A program made the position numbers and the translations under genes. DNA of 64,000 nucleotides from Lingula anatina (lineage: Eukaryota; Animalia; Brachiopoda): NCBI GenBank assembly GCA_051362555.1, contig CM120640.1, positions 27,428,503-27,492,502 of the forward strand, in the 5' to 3' direction. Below are positions 13,101-26,900 of the stretch, piece after piece (the first letter of the stretch is position 1; every line of letters begins with the position of its first letter). The notes beneath the pieces were generated by a model that saw only the letters and a program-made list of their open reading frames with translations, was not told the origin of the DNA and searched no databases.

Positions 13101-14157
13101 CATTACAGTGGATGAATTTTGAAGTTGTAAACCCAGTTTCTGGATAACTGCCACTTTCATTTTGAGAGGAAGGCAGTGCATCATTTTTCAAAACAATTCA
13201 ATACATAAATAAAAAATATAAGTATACAAAATTTTCCCTGCAGGTATGGTATGTGTAATATATGTAACTTAAATCATAACTTTTAGTTGCTTACAATAAA
13301 GCTTCAATATTACTATCAAAGATGTATTAATATTTATATAATACCTGGTTTCCCTGAATCACTTATGCTAATGGTGCATATATAGTCCAATTTACTTCAT
13401 AAAACTAGACTGGGAATGTTGCTTATATTTTAAATTAAAGTGCGTCTGGGATACGTTGTTTCATAGGAACTGGTATCAGTGTAGCTTTTACTTAGTATGT
13501 GTACCATACGGTGTTTAATAAAAAGTGTGTAACTATGGGAATTAACTAAAATTTAACTTTGGATCTAAAGTAATTTGGTACTTCAAAACAGCATCACACT
13601 CTCATAAGGTAAACTGTGTCACTAGGTGAGCTTATCAATTTTACCTCTTAACACGTTTACATGGTTGTGAGCAGTGCCTTATAGATATCATCAGCTAAAG
13701 TTCAGGTGATCATTCTCATGGTGGCATGCCAAAAAGAGATTTTTATTCTTATAGAAGATATACCAGAATCAATGGGTTTGTCATATTATGTAATCTGGTT
13801 TTTCAATGCCATAATATATTTATGCATATATTCAAAAAGTGTGAAGACAATTGTCATCCACAAAAAAGACAACATGAAACCAACTTAAGTTAACTATTCA
13901 GTGTCACCTCAGTTCCATTTCACAAAATAACTTTATACTAAAAGTTAAGACCAAAAGTTGCTTTTTTATTCAAATTCAAGTAGACTGCAGTTCTCCAGCT
14001 TAATCTCTGAAATCATGAAACTGTTTATTTCACTGCTTTTGAGTAATAGGAGGTTCTGGGGTCATACCATTTACCAATAACTTCTCATCACTGGGCTAAA
14101 CTTTCAAATACACATGTATATTGAGAAAAAAACACTAGCCACACACGATGCATGTAA

Positions 14158-14459
14158 GATCGCATTCACAACGAGTTGAGCTATGGCTTTACAAATCCTG
14201 GAACTAAATATGGCGGACGTACATGAAAGAAAAACCGCCTAATCTTTTAATAGTCTCTCCGCCTCTCATACGCCTCCCCATATGTCGTCCCAATGGAGCC
14301 GAGATTTAATGACCATACCCCTGCAGGGACGACGCATGGGGAGGCGTGTGAGAGGTGGACAGACTATTAAAAGATTAGGCCGTTTTTCTTTCATGTACGT
14401 CCGCCATATTTAGTTCCAGGATTTGTAAAGCCATGGCTCAACTCGTTGTGAATGCAATC
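14158..14459. mobile_element. Fold-back PIF/Harbinger-like MITE (long-TIR family D), ~134 bp arms and 34 bp spacer
   Basis: Near-perfect palindrome with TAA TSD (14155-14157, 14460-14462). Arms are homologous to the 42950-43503 element. Confidence 0.9.
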
Positions 14460-17400
14460 TAAGACAGTGCATAAAATTGTGTACATAAGGGTTAACAGTA
14501 TAAACACCATCAAATATTTTTATTATCTTCTACTGTTAATGTGGAAATAAAAACAAATATACCAGCCTAGGGCTTTTGGGCACATGGGAGTTCAATGCCA
14601 CACCTTACAAATACCAATGAGTTAAAGAATTACTGCATTAAGTTTTTGGACAATACCTCACATGATTTTCCATAAACGATGAAGTGCACAATGACAGCAG
14701 TGTCTGTGTCTGTACATAAAATGCGATAACCATTGCTTTTAATCTTGTTATAAATATATCAGCATGTTTACTGGACTATAACACAAATGTGTGTATCTTT
14801 TATAACAAGTGCTTTATTAATATTTCATGCTATTTCTAGTATGGTCGTGTCTGCCACACAACAAACTAATCAGTGCACAGAGAAATGAAGTAGCATTAGT
14901 TCACATGGGCAAATGCTCTGAGAATAACTGTGATAGTCCACCTCCCACAAATGTCATACGTATGCACTTAATCTAACTTGTCATTTAACCCACTAGGGTC
15001 ATTATTTGAAAACTATTATAACCTTTCATGTGTAGTTTTAAGTCCCTCTTATAATGTATTCCACACAACCATCAATTTGTGGTTCCACCTGTCTGGTGAC
15101 TCCCAAAGTTGTGTGACTGATTCAATTTAATTTACTGCCTTACAATAATCTGAAATAAACAAAAAATAGAAGCGCTAAAACATGGATACTGTCAAATGTT
15201 ACAATTATGCAGACTTGGCCACTAGTTTGGTGACTAAAAACACTGGATCTTCTGTAAAATAACAGCTTGTGTTCTCATATCCAACTATCGGAACATATTG
15301 TGTGTTTTTATGCTTAAGTGGTACATACTTAGTATTCGGTATATATCGTATTATGGGAGAGGGGGAGTAGGGAGGGTGGGATATATATATCCTGTACTGA
15401 AATTTTGGGCAACCTCTTTTCAAAAATATGTATTAAATATTCACCTTTTTCATGACAATAATATGAATTTGTGGCAACAGAGGATAACACTGCTGGCAAT
15501 GACTGTTGTTAGAGGAAGTTGCACATTAATTTCTACAAATTATCAAGTGTAGTTAAATGACCAAAATAATAATAATAACAATAACAGCAAAAAATCATAA
15601 CAACCAAAGAGAGGCTTTCCTTTTTTTTATTTTGGTAGTCTAGCTACTAGATATAGTATATCATTCACTGCAGAAATGTTCAACACAGGCACCAGTAGCC
15701 ACCCCTTCATCCTCCAAAAAAAACCTCAAGGATAAAAGGACCATTTCGTGAAAAGTGGACCCTGTTACAGTGAATACCATTAATAGGAGGTCATACAGAG
15801 GTTTGCTGCACCATAGTCTGAATTTTCATTGGGTAAAAAAATTCAAACACGAAAGCAAGTTACTACTGTAGCATGAGAGCTCATTAGCCCAATAGACATC
15901 CAATTCAACAACATCACCTTGGCAGCAGTCCTTCCCTATCCTCATTCATTTATGAATGAAGTCTGGCATCACATGTTGATTTCATTTTATTATAATGTAA
16001 TTGGCAATAAATTCATAAGGGGAGGGGAAGGCAAAAATTTGTGGGCCATTCTCAATGTGGCTCAGTGCTATCCTTCTGCTGATGTCACTGTTGAGGCAAC
16101 AATGGCCTGATGGTCAATAAGGTGGTGGCCCTACTAGGCAGCCCAACACCTGGTTCAATAATTAACAAGGCAGAAGAATTGTCAACTGGAATGACAAATA
16201 AATGATAAAACTAACACAGGCAGTGACAGTTTAAGTCTAAAAATGTTGGTCAGAACTAACATCTTAATGACGAAACTCAGCAAAATGATTCTTTGTCAGC
16301 TTTGATGCAACAACTATTGGATATGAATAGATTTGAAGCACATTTTTGTGATGTTTGTTTAGCAAAGAATTGTTTTTGATCCTTTATGCTAATATCTATT
16401 GAAATTGAGCTGTTGAAACCTACAAAATAAAAAAAAAATGAGAAAATGAACATATATTGACATTGTTACTATGACCTTGAATGTGACCTTTAAACTACTT
16501 TTTTCCATGAACCGCACTTTAAAAAGTTTCAGACACTTATATCTCTAAAACTGGCAATGATGCAACCATAGCTACTACTGAACTTGAATAGGAAGTCATA
16601 TGTCAGTAATCTTACTGTGACCTTGAATTTGACTTTTGACATTTATTTCCAGTTTAAATTTTTTCCTTTAAATGGAAAAAAAAAAAATGTAATTTTCTGC
16701 AAAAAGAAAAAGATATTTGTTTGTGCCCATTTTCAGAAAGTACACAGACCTAAACTTTGGTATTGTGGGGAGGAGTTATACTTGGGGTTTCCTTTCATCT
16801 TTGTGGCTTTGGGGTCAATTGGTGCATTTACATTGGGGAAGCAGCCATTAGATGTGGAAACTGAAAACTACCTCTGATTCTGGAACCGTTAAGGCTAGAA
16901 ACCTGTTGTCTGTTGCGTTTTGTAGAGCATGTCAAGCCAGCACTGGAAATGGTGTCTGTTTTTTTGTTTTTCATATGGTTTAGGAGTTGTGCTATATTAA
17001 AAATTACAACCTCACAATGTCCAATGGTGAAGATACTCCTAAATTAGCAAGGATAAGCAAGGATACTCCTAAATTAGCAAGGATAAGTCCATAGTTACTG
17101 TTGAAGTTAAAATAGGAAGTCAAATATTATAATAAAATCATAATAAAATGGCCATAAATACAAAATCATATACTGACATTCATCATTCTTCCTTTGAACT
17201 TCACCTTTGAACTACTTTGTTCCATAAACTATATTTTACAATTAAGGATACCCATATTTGCTAATAAACTTTAATGGGAAGTCACTTGCATGCGCATACA
17301 CGCACACACACACAAATTTACACTTTTCCCTTCTCTTCCCATATACATTACCACTACATAACCCAAACTCTATTTCCTCAAACCTAACGCACAACCATCC

Positions 17401-17669
17401 ATACCTTCCTTTCAACTTACTAGCCCTTATCCCAGCTGGTGGTACAATACCTGGAGGCGTTAACACTTCTCTGATCTTCTAGTATTCAAACCTCTCTTGG
17501 GCTATTCCAGATGCCTCACCTCACTGCTGAAATAGTGTTTTCAGTGCATCTTTTTCTGTTTGTGGTTTTTCTTACCAGAGTAGTGACTGTTTTCTTTCTA
17601 CATCACTTATCACTATGCTCATTAGACTTCTCCACTGACTTCTCCTACATCTCCATCTTAGAACTTACA

Positions 17670-17841
17670 TAGGCCCGTGGCCAGGGGGGTTCAGGGGGTT
17701 CGATAGAACCACCCTTTTTGCTGGCAAAAGGTCCACTCTGGGTAAAATTTGATCTATGTACTTGAGGATTTTATGGTAAAAGGTCCACTTTTTCAGAAAA
17801 CAACCCCCCCCCCCCCTCTGAAATTGTTAGCTATGGGCCTG
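17670..17841 (+). mobile_element. CAGGCCCG-ended MITE (family C)
   Basis: Ends TAGGCCCGTGGCCAG / TTAGCTATGGGCCTG, with TTACA on both flanks (apparent 5-bp TSD). Homologous to 5513-5675 and 11204-11296. Confidence 0.8.
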
Positions 17842-19248
17842 TTACAGTAACATCCAGGCCTCAGCTAAAGCACTTCATTCATAAGTAACTTACAAAACTT
17901 TACAAGACTCTGTACTGGAAATGGAAACTGGCAATTTTGGAGGAAGTTGTCCAAAAGTATAACATACAAATCAAAATGGCTTTATGAATCTTGGTTTTTG
18001 ATAGGGTATGCCTTTTGCAGTCTAATTCACAATTTTCTTTTCTTTAATAAGATAATCACTACCAATTATATATATATATATATACTACCGTTACTAAGGA
18101 CATGGAGAAAAATGTGGCTAGCACATTATTCCCATGGGAATTCACACCTTGAAAGTTCCAACTTGTTATAAATGAAAAATTCATGAAAACACTTAAAGGG
18201 ACATACAGAACAAGGAAAAGTGTCATATAGTTGTTGAGATGATATAAGAATGGTGTCTGAAATAATTTATTTCAAATAATCATCATCGTTAGATGTATAT
18301 ATTATTCATCAAAAATGTGATTTACTGTTGTTACTCAATCTTTGGAAAGAGGGAAAATTGTGAATTTTTCAAATACTGTATTTTGAAGTCATAATTTCTT
18401 AAAATTATAAAATTCCTGAGTGGTCTGAAAATGTTTAATGTCACTTTTACTTCTATTGACATGCCAGTTAATGTCCTCTTTATTATAATCTTACATTTAT
18501 TCTTGCAAGTTTTGCATCATGCTTCCTTCTTTTTTCTCTTTTATACGCTTTAAAACCAATAACACTTTCAGGAATGCAAAGTTTATATTAAAAAAATGAA
18601 AAAAAGTGTGATAGAAATAAAAAGAAAATAACAATATCATAAAAGGAAATAAGGTTTACACAATTGAAATAAAAGTGAATTAATTAACTGCTAATGAGAT
18701 CACAACTATACCCCTTCAATAAATTACTGATGATAACATGACTATACTCCCTAATGCTTTTCTGCACTTGCATTTGCTTCCTTAAGGGTGGGTGGGAAAA
18801 GTAACACACAATAAAAGGAAGCATTGAACTTGCTGAAGGATAATGCCAAAATGTGTTTTTAGAACTATTTAAGAGTAATGACAATTTTCCCAAGCTTCTT
18901 CCTGCCCTTTCATTTTTATGGTGGTATTTTAATCATTTCACACGTACTTGACTTTCACTGTTAGAAAGGTATGCTACAATGGCAGGATGTAAATGCGATT
19001 TTAGTTCCTTATTTCTATGTACTGGGTGGGTGTTTGGCGTTTAATCTGAAATAGATCTTGTTTATTTTGAATGTTTGAAGTTGTAGAAGTGTTTTTTAAA
19101 TATCATTTCCAACTAAAACTGTTTTACAATAGCTTAGTGTGCCTATATCTTAAAATTCATTACATCAGACAGAATAATTCAGCCAGGCTGATTTTTTAAC
19201 TTGAGCAGTATTTAAACCTCAAGAATCATTCCTGTAAGTTTGAGAATA

Positions 19249-20163
19249 CACCCATCACACTTATTCAGAATCAGCAGAAATCAAGCAGAACCAGCCTGAA
19301 TGAAGAAATTTCAAAATTTGAGCCACATTCGAGAGGGAATTTCAAATTGACCCAAATTCTTACTGCTTTGTAAGAATGCCGTTGGAATACTCAGAATGCG
19401 CTTTGAACCTGCCTGGAATGATTCTGCACATTCGTGTGTATTAGCTTTTAAATGCAGCTTGAATGAAGTTGGAACAAAATAGGAATTAATATTAAGAATG
19501 CTGTTAGAATGCAGTCAGAATATTTACAATGCCTTCCAAATGCTGTAAGAGTGTGGGTTTGATTGCTGGTCGAATACCAGTTGAAATAAGTCAGAAGGTG
19601 CCTTATATGCTGTACGAATTCACGTCAAATGCAGTTAGAATGCTCCTGGAATGGCTGCCAATTATGTTCGGACATCCAAGAAATCACACAGAATGCAGCT
19701 TGAATACTTAAAATGACTTTCGAATGTACTTAGAATGTAACAGAGTGTATCAAGAATGCCACTGGAACGGGCCTGATAGGGTATAAAATGCTGCCAAATC
19801 TAGCATTTCATCAGTCTCAGCCCAGCCACCATAGAGAATGGACACCCTAGACTATGTTGCTTTGCTGCAGATTGCTGTCCTCCAATATACATACAATTTG
19901 GTGGTGTTTTGAATTACGTAAGGACTCATGGGCGTGCCAGTCGGTACGTTCAGACTGCATTCAAGCTGGGTTCGAGCTGCAATCGAAATATTCCAACAGC
20001 ATTTGAAGTGCATTCCAGCTGAATTCTTTTACTGTGGAAATAGATTTCGACAGCAAGCAAGATGCATTGGAAATTTTAGAATGCACTTCAAACATCCAGG
20101 AATATACAAAGGTTTTTCATTTTGATGGCATTCTAGCTCATTCCGCATCTAGTGTGACTAGGG
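19249..20163. mobile_element. Old non-autonomous DNA transposon with TA flanks and dispersed GAATG/CATTC subterminal motifs
   Basis: TA|CACCCATCACACT at the left and AGTGTGACTAGGG|TA at the right (9/13 match). GAATG(C) is repeated densely in the left two thirds and (G)CATTC towards the right end. Confidence 0.6.
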
Positions 20164-20504
20164 TATGATGCAATATTACATACTGCTTTATAGCATAATC
20201 AAAAACAGTTTTTGATGACGCACTAGTCTTATTGTGGACATTCAGAAAATGTTATTTTTAACACATGGCCTCAAAGATAATATTTGTGATGCTTTAACGA
20301 TGCATGTAAATATCATCCATCATAACACATACATATATATGCAGTAGTAGCAGTAGTTAGAAAATCGTGTTGTATGGAGAACCTGTAAATGTAACTAAAC
20401 CTGCTTAATATTAATAGTGGTAGAGATGGAATGAGTATATGATGTCAACGATGACGTATGCTTAGTTGTCCTTGTGGTCCCAGCAATAAGACATTCACAT
20501 CTTA

Positions 20505-20730
20505 GACTGGGTTCCCACAGATTTAGATCGATCCATCTGGATCGACCTAACTCCCTAGGGGTTCACACTAAATTGCTGTCAGCTTACAGGAGCGGAGCCC
20601 GCACAAAAGTTAATTACCCCCTTACAGTTTTTAGTAAGCGGGACAGACATTTAAGCCGGTCAAGCTGACAGCACTCTAGTGAGACTCCCCAGGGGGATAG
20701 ATCAATCTAAATGTCTGTGAGAATGGTCTC
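20505..20730. mobile_element. PIF/Harbinger-like MITE family B, copy 2
   Basis: TTA TSD (20502-20504, 20731-20733). Interior GATCGACCTAACTCCCT.GGGGTTCAC.CTAAAT...TAGTGAGACTCCCC is shared with the other copies. Confidence 0.88.
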
Positions 20731-20893
20731 TTAGTTTCATCCACTTTGCCTGCATGTACTTTAATTTCACTCAAATGCATGACCTACTGTATTTGACCTT
20801 GCAGGTGTTTCAGACATTTGAACAATTTAATGAAAACGAAATCATTTGCACGTATTGACACCACAACTCATTTGTGCACTTTGTGAAATGTCT

Positions 20894-20897
<4 letters not shown>

Positions 20898-20947
<50 letters not shown>
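20898..20947. repeat. (AT)n microsatellite
   Basis: About 25 AT units, directly visible. Confidence 0.95.
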
Positions 20948-20949
<2 letters not shown>

Positions 20950-23900
20950 AAAGACATGTTCACTGGATTCATATTTTATGACACTAAGTATTTAGACACT
21001 TAATTGTTAATAAGTCATGTATCAGTGTGTCAGTATGCCTTGTAACTACCCTGTTTAATAAGTTTATTTATAGCTATGTATACATGACCAATAACCTTGT
21101 TAAGATGTAACCTTATCGTTTTAATAGCTATTCATCTGGCAAATAAATCAACATAAAATACTTATCCAGGTAAAACTGCCTGTAGTCAATATTTACTATA
21201 GTTGGGTTGTCATCTGGTTCATATTTTGTTTAAATCAACAGTGTTATCAAAACTTTATCACTCCACAGTAATCATGATCTGCCTAGGTAAGATGATGAGA
21301 AAAAGCAGAATTTCCACAGGATTCAAACCCAATGACCAGGGCAAAGTTCTCCACTGGCTGTTAGTTATCTTTGGTACTTCAACATTTTGCACCCGTCCAC
21401 AGATAAGTTGCTTACATAGGAAGTATAGATTTTGTTGATTACTGATGCACTATAAGCCAAGCATGTATGTGCAGTGCATAGGCAGAAACATTTGTGCACA
21501 AATGACAATGCTTACTTCCACAAGGCAATTTATTTCCACCAATTGCATAGTTGTGGATATCTACTCAAGTGAAAAGAGAGGCTCACTTATTTTCAAGGCA
21601 AAAATCATAATTTCCTTATTTTCTGCAGGTGTGCTATGAAGCATGAGGCGGGATTGTGGGGCTTTGTTGCTTGTTACTGGATGTGCATATGGTTTTGAAA
21701 AGGTACTGTCAGAGCAGCAGTCGACATCTTCTTTATCTTATGAAATTTTCAACATTTTTTTTTTTATTATTGAAAATTATCATCACAAATGAGGGCAGTG
21801 CCTACTGGAACATAAATTCCTGGCTGAAATGGATTTTCTTGCACTTATGATGTTTTTCCTTCAATGTCAAATTAATCTTTCATTGAAAACATAATATCCA
21901 TTCAAAACACTGCTTGATCTTGTAGGTTACTTTTACTGTAAAAAGATACCAAAGGGAATTGGTCTCTAATGAAATGAGAGCTATTCACAAAACTGTTCAA
22001 AACATGAACAACAACAATCTTTAAATCATGAATAGAATGATAACAACAAAAGTTGTATCATCCAGAAGGTAGAGACATTTGGAGCATATAGTTTTTTTTT
22101 ATGTCATCAAAGGTATCCTGCACCCATTTGAAAAGATCCCAAAGTAATATTTTGAGCTTTTTATCCTTCCCAATTTTGACCTTCAAAATGTAAAAGCCCT
22201 TCAAGTAAAAGTTTATCTTAAGTGTACCTGTTTTCACTATTTCCTTCTGAGCCTTGGAACCAAGCAAGATCCACAACAGGAAACATGTTGAACTACATAA
22301 CTTAATAAGAAATGGAATAAAAAATTGAATTTTAAGCACAGAGACTGGTCGAGCAGTTTTTTTTTTTGTCAAGGAAAATTATTTTCATTTTGATGCAAAT
22401 GTTCCTGAAAAGGATACTCTTAATGTGAATAAGAAAAGTTTTGATTGCATATTTTTTTTAAATCTGTAAAGGCTCAAAATCTCTAAAGGTACAAACATTT
22501 GAAACAACAATTTAAACTTTATTATTAACAACTTAATGATTTCAATTTAATTTTCGACTTATCACAAAAAATTAACTTTCATACATGATTCAAACTTATT
22601 TTAAATTAATTAAATTAATTTTTTTCAATTGTCATAAAAAATAAACTTGCCCATTATTATTGCTATTAGAATAGCCAGTATAATATTATTTGGAAAATGT
22701 AGTAACTTATTTTATCTAAAATTGAAACTTTTTTGTGATATATCTCATATTTCACATTAATAAAAGTCTTACATAATTCTAAATTAGACTATCCTTATAA
22801 ATGTTGCCAGTGTACAAAGTTCACCTTGCACTTCAACTCAATCCCATAAGTTTAAGAAACCCCATTCTTCATTACTCTAAAGTGAACAATAAAATGGGTC
22901 AGATCTCTCTTGCAGTCCCATTTCATTGATGAGGTATACTTTCTTCAATGCATATATTACCATCAATGAATTAGTATGCATATAAGATGAGCCCATTCCA
23001 TAATTGTAAAGTAACCTGCCTTCAGGTATTTAGAACAGTGATTGCTTCATTTCGGCACTCATTTGGCCTTCAAAGGAATTCAAAAAAGAAATTACACTGT
23101 AATTCTTTTGTTTTACGCATGCACAATATCAATTGCCATCTCTCTCTGTGCTTGGAGCATGGCACGGGGAAGGATTCCTTCAAACAATGCAACATTTTGT
23201 ACAGGTTCTGGTTGGTTGCCTTAAAGGTCAGACATGGTTTATCTTTTATTCAATCATCATCATAACCATAAAGATTCTGTAAAGTGATAATATTTGTACC
23301 AAGTGAAACCCTCAGCCTACTCACACTTGTAATGAGGGATTTGACTGACTTATAAAATCAGATTAATACAATCATGTTTAGTCTCGAGCAGGTAAAACTC
23401 GAGCAACTGCAACTGAAGGAGTACAATGTGCCAAGTATCTTGTCTCTCACCTGGATGACTGACTGCATTAAATACTCAATTAAAATGAAATTGTACTTAA
23501 TTACAATGGTCAGAGGATGTACTTAGTCGGTGGTCAATTGTTAGTCTCTTCACAATGTCATGTCTTGTAAGCACAGTATCAATTATATTTTGCTTATAAA
23601 AATAGTAATAGTCCCAGGGTGACTGATGCTTTAGGGTGGAATTAAGAAATTATTTAAAAATTTGAGTTAATTTTCCAACTCAAACCCAATACTGTTCCAG
23701 CTACAGTGTAAAGTCACATGATCAGTTTTCTTATTTTTGGTTTACATGTTATTACTCTACGTTTCATGAATTCAAAGACTATATATTTATGGGAATTAAT
23801 TTATGCCATCCAAAGTTGAAAGCTTCTGTTAGTGATAAGACAACATAAAACGCCCTTATATTTACAAGTCTGAACATAATATAACTTTAACTGACCACCA

Positions 23901-26900
23901 AATTTAATATATCAAAATTCTGTATTTCTACCTTAAAAATTACTACCTGGCTACTAATTGTACTTAATATAAATGACATGCAACAACAAAGCAAACAAAG
24001 TTAATAGCCAACTGAAAAATTTACAGATGCAGTCCTGTCCTTACTCATCCCCTAAATGATGAATTCTCGGAATAAATGTCTCTTAAAAATTTTCCAGAGG
24101 TGAATCAAATCCAAACCTATTTTCCCTTCTCCTTGATAGGTTATATCTTCAGTATATGAGCACAATTAAATAATGCTAACTGTGGCCTTGAAAGTATAAA
24201 ATATGCAGTCATTAACCTACCTGCATGAAGAGGCAATACATGGTAATATTTGTTCTCCTTAATCACTATTTTTTCCTGTTCTTTCAAGATAGCCTATTGC
24301 CAAGTATCAAAGTAAATGTTACCTAGTGAAAGTACATTTAGTGATGCATGCTAGCTTTCTTTTGGTTTTAGCCAAGTAAAGAAAAGGTACTTTTAAAGTG
24401 AATTTGTGTAGGGTGCTTTTTACTTGAGAACTCTATGTGGATTAATTCAAGTCAACTGCCAATGATATCAGAAGATTGTTTATGTTATCTTGTGCCAAAA
24501 TGCCACAGAGTCCCTTTAAAAGTATTCAAAACCTCCATCCAGCTGTTTTTATCCTCTGCTGCATATTTTTCTTTAATTTCTATTTAAATTTTGAATTAAA
24601 GGAAACATAAGTACCACTTCTTTTTGGCACCCAAAAAAGAGTGAACCGTTTTTAGGCACCACCTTATTTATATAAGTAAAATGCTGCACTCACTCCGCAT
24701 ACAGGAATGAGTGCAGAGAAAAACTTCTAAATATATGGGTGCACTGCCACTTGGATTTCTACCCCTTGAACATGTGCAGACACCTACACCTTGATATTTA
24801 ATTCATACTGCAAATTGTCACATGCATTCATCATCTTCTTGTTACTTTCTCATTATTTATAAGCTAATGCTAAATATGACCTACTTCCAACACTTACAAA
24901 AACAGCAACATCAATAAAAAAATCAATAGTTCATGTAGCCCAAATCTATAATGTAACAAAAGAAGCACCTTTATTTTTCCAAGTGCATAATTATGATTTT
25001 TTTCTAACCTGCATGAACCAAATTAACACTGCACACCAATGAAATCCTCACTATTAAATGTGCAGAAAATTTAATAGACTGTAAATTGCTAGGGGAAAGT
25101 TGGGTAATTCTAAACAGCAGTTCCCAGACTAAATGGCTGTGGATCGTGTATCTTTGTAATGTTAAATAAACTTGGCAAACCCCATTGATCAAGTCACCTC
25201 ACATTAACAGCCACCTGTCTTTAAAATGTCAAGCCCCCATGCTTAGATTTGCTATATTTACACTTGAGTCTGCTGTCTTAACTTAATAAAACTTTAAAAC
25301 TACAACTGGAGTTTCCAAGCCAATTCGTCATGCTTCAAATGCATGCTGCCTTTAATTGCAGTGTGCAGCCATCAGAAGGATAAGAGCCATGTACTCGGTT
25401 CTACCTCCAGTAGAAAATTATATTCATTAAAAGGAGCTCTCAGTTCTGTAACATGCAGAAGGCTACCATATCAGTGGTCTTATCTTGTGGTTAATCAGCT
25501 GCATTCCCCACACACCAAGTTGTCAAGGTGAGCCTGCTGGTCCAAAGTGTGTTTAACCATTCCGACTTAGATATCTAACCACAAGGGTAAATACTGCCAG
25601 TTAATAGTCAAAGAAAATAGAACTTCTCAAATAATTACTGTTTAATGCTTATCAAATATTGCCTAAAATAGTCTTCCAGGTTCTGAATTAAACAAGTCTT
25701 GTTTTGTCACATAGTAGATTCTGGATAAAATCAAGACTTGGGTGAATATTATTAGGCCAAAGAAAAAGTGACTTCAACCCGAAGGACACCTACTGCTCAG
25801 TTTTTCACTTAGTGTGTTACACTTCTCTGGCTCTCATTTAGTTGCACTCCCCAATCTCTCTCAATGACTTACACTTACTTCTAACTCAGTTATCCAAAAA
25901 TTTTCCTTTTTCTTTTTGTAAAGTAAAAAGTGGCAAAGAGTTACTAGCACACTCACTTCTGGGCATTTCATTGTACATGGGTTTCAATCAGCTAATTTGA
26001 GCACACATGGTTAGCTGAACTCCAACTGAGCTGTGAGCACAGTTGGGTACAATTGCAAGTTAAACCAAATTTGATGTAAAACAGCTGATTAACTCAAGTC
26101 TTCATAGTCTTCTCTTTTTAAACAAATCACACATACCAGAGGAAAAGGAACAAGCCTTAACTATGCATCCATAATATTATTACATATTTTTTAAGGTGCT
26201 CAATCACTGGGACTCCATTACTTTCTTCTTATCACACAGAAAGTAGCAAATTTAAAGGAGACCACTAGGCTGTCCTAGTAAGTATTAACAGAATAGCATG
26301 CTGAACAAAACCAAGAAACTTAATTTCCAATCCCCAGAAACATGTGCTGCGAATGAATTCCAGCCAAATAAGAAACAAAGTGCTACTGTAAAATAGATTT
26401 TATTGTATGTATATAAGATTTGAAAATACATTGCTCTGTTCAACCACAAATTGATACTTTCTCAAAATTGCAGTATTCAAGTGAATACAAATATGCTATT
26501 GGCTTAATATCAGACCTTCTTGGTCTTCTGTACCTTTTTTAAAAAAAAATCATCAAAACAGGTGTCTTTTGCCCCATTAATATGGGAACACAGTCGCAAC
26601 TTCCCACTTCTTCTACGGACACCACAGGGGCAAATGGCAGAATGCTTTTGATATGTTGCTGGACTAACATGGTGATATCTTACAACAACTTTATCCCTGC
26701 ATGGGAAATTAAATGCAATAATAACACATCTCTTAACGTTTTTGCCCTTCAGTCAATCAATCAATGTATCTGACAGTAAAATTTACTGGCCACCTACCCA
26801 AGTGGAAATTTGATAAAAATATCACAGTTTAGCAATGTCTGCATACATGGCATACACATTCTGTTGACGTGCAACAAAAACAAATAGCTTTGACTAGCTT

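Noticed and set aside
16240-17484. Old repeat with TGACCTTGA motifs, internal duplications and a CTAGT end (Helitron/Helentron-like?)
   Set aside because: Probably repetitive, but boundaries and class cannot be supported from one copy.
18193-18482. TTAAAGGGACAT...ATGTCCTCTTTA, possible degraded Kolobok-type MITE
   Set aside because: The right TIR and TSD are imperfect, so evidence is insufficient for a feature call.
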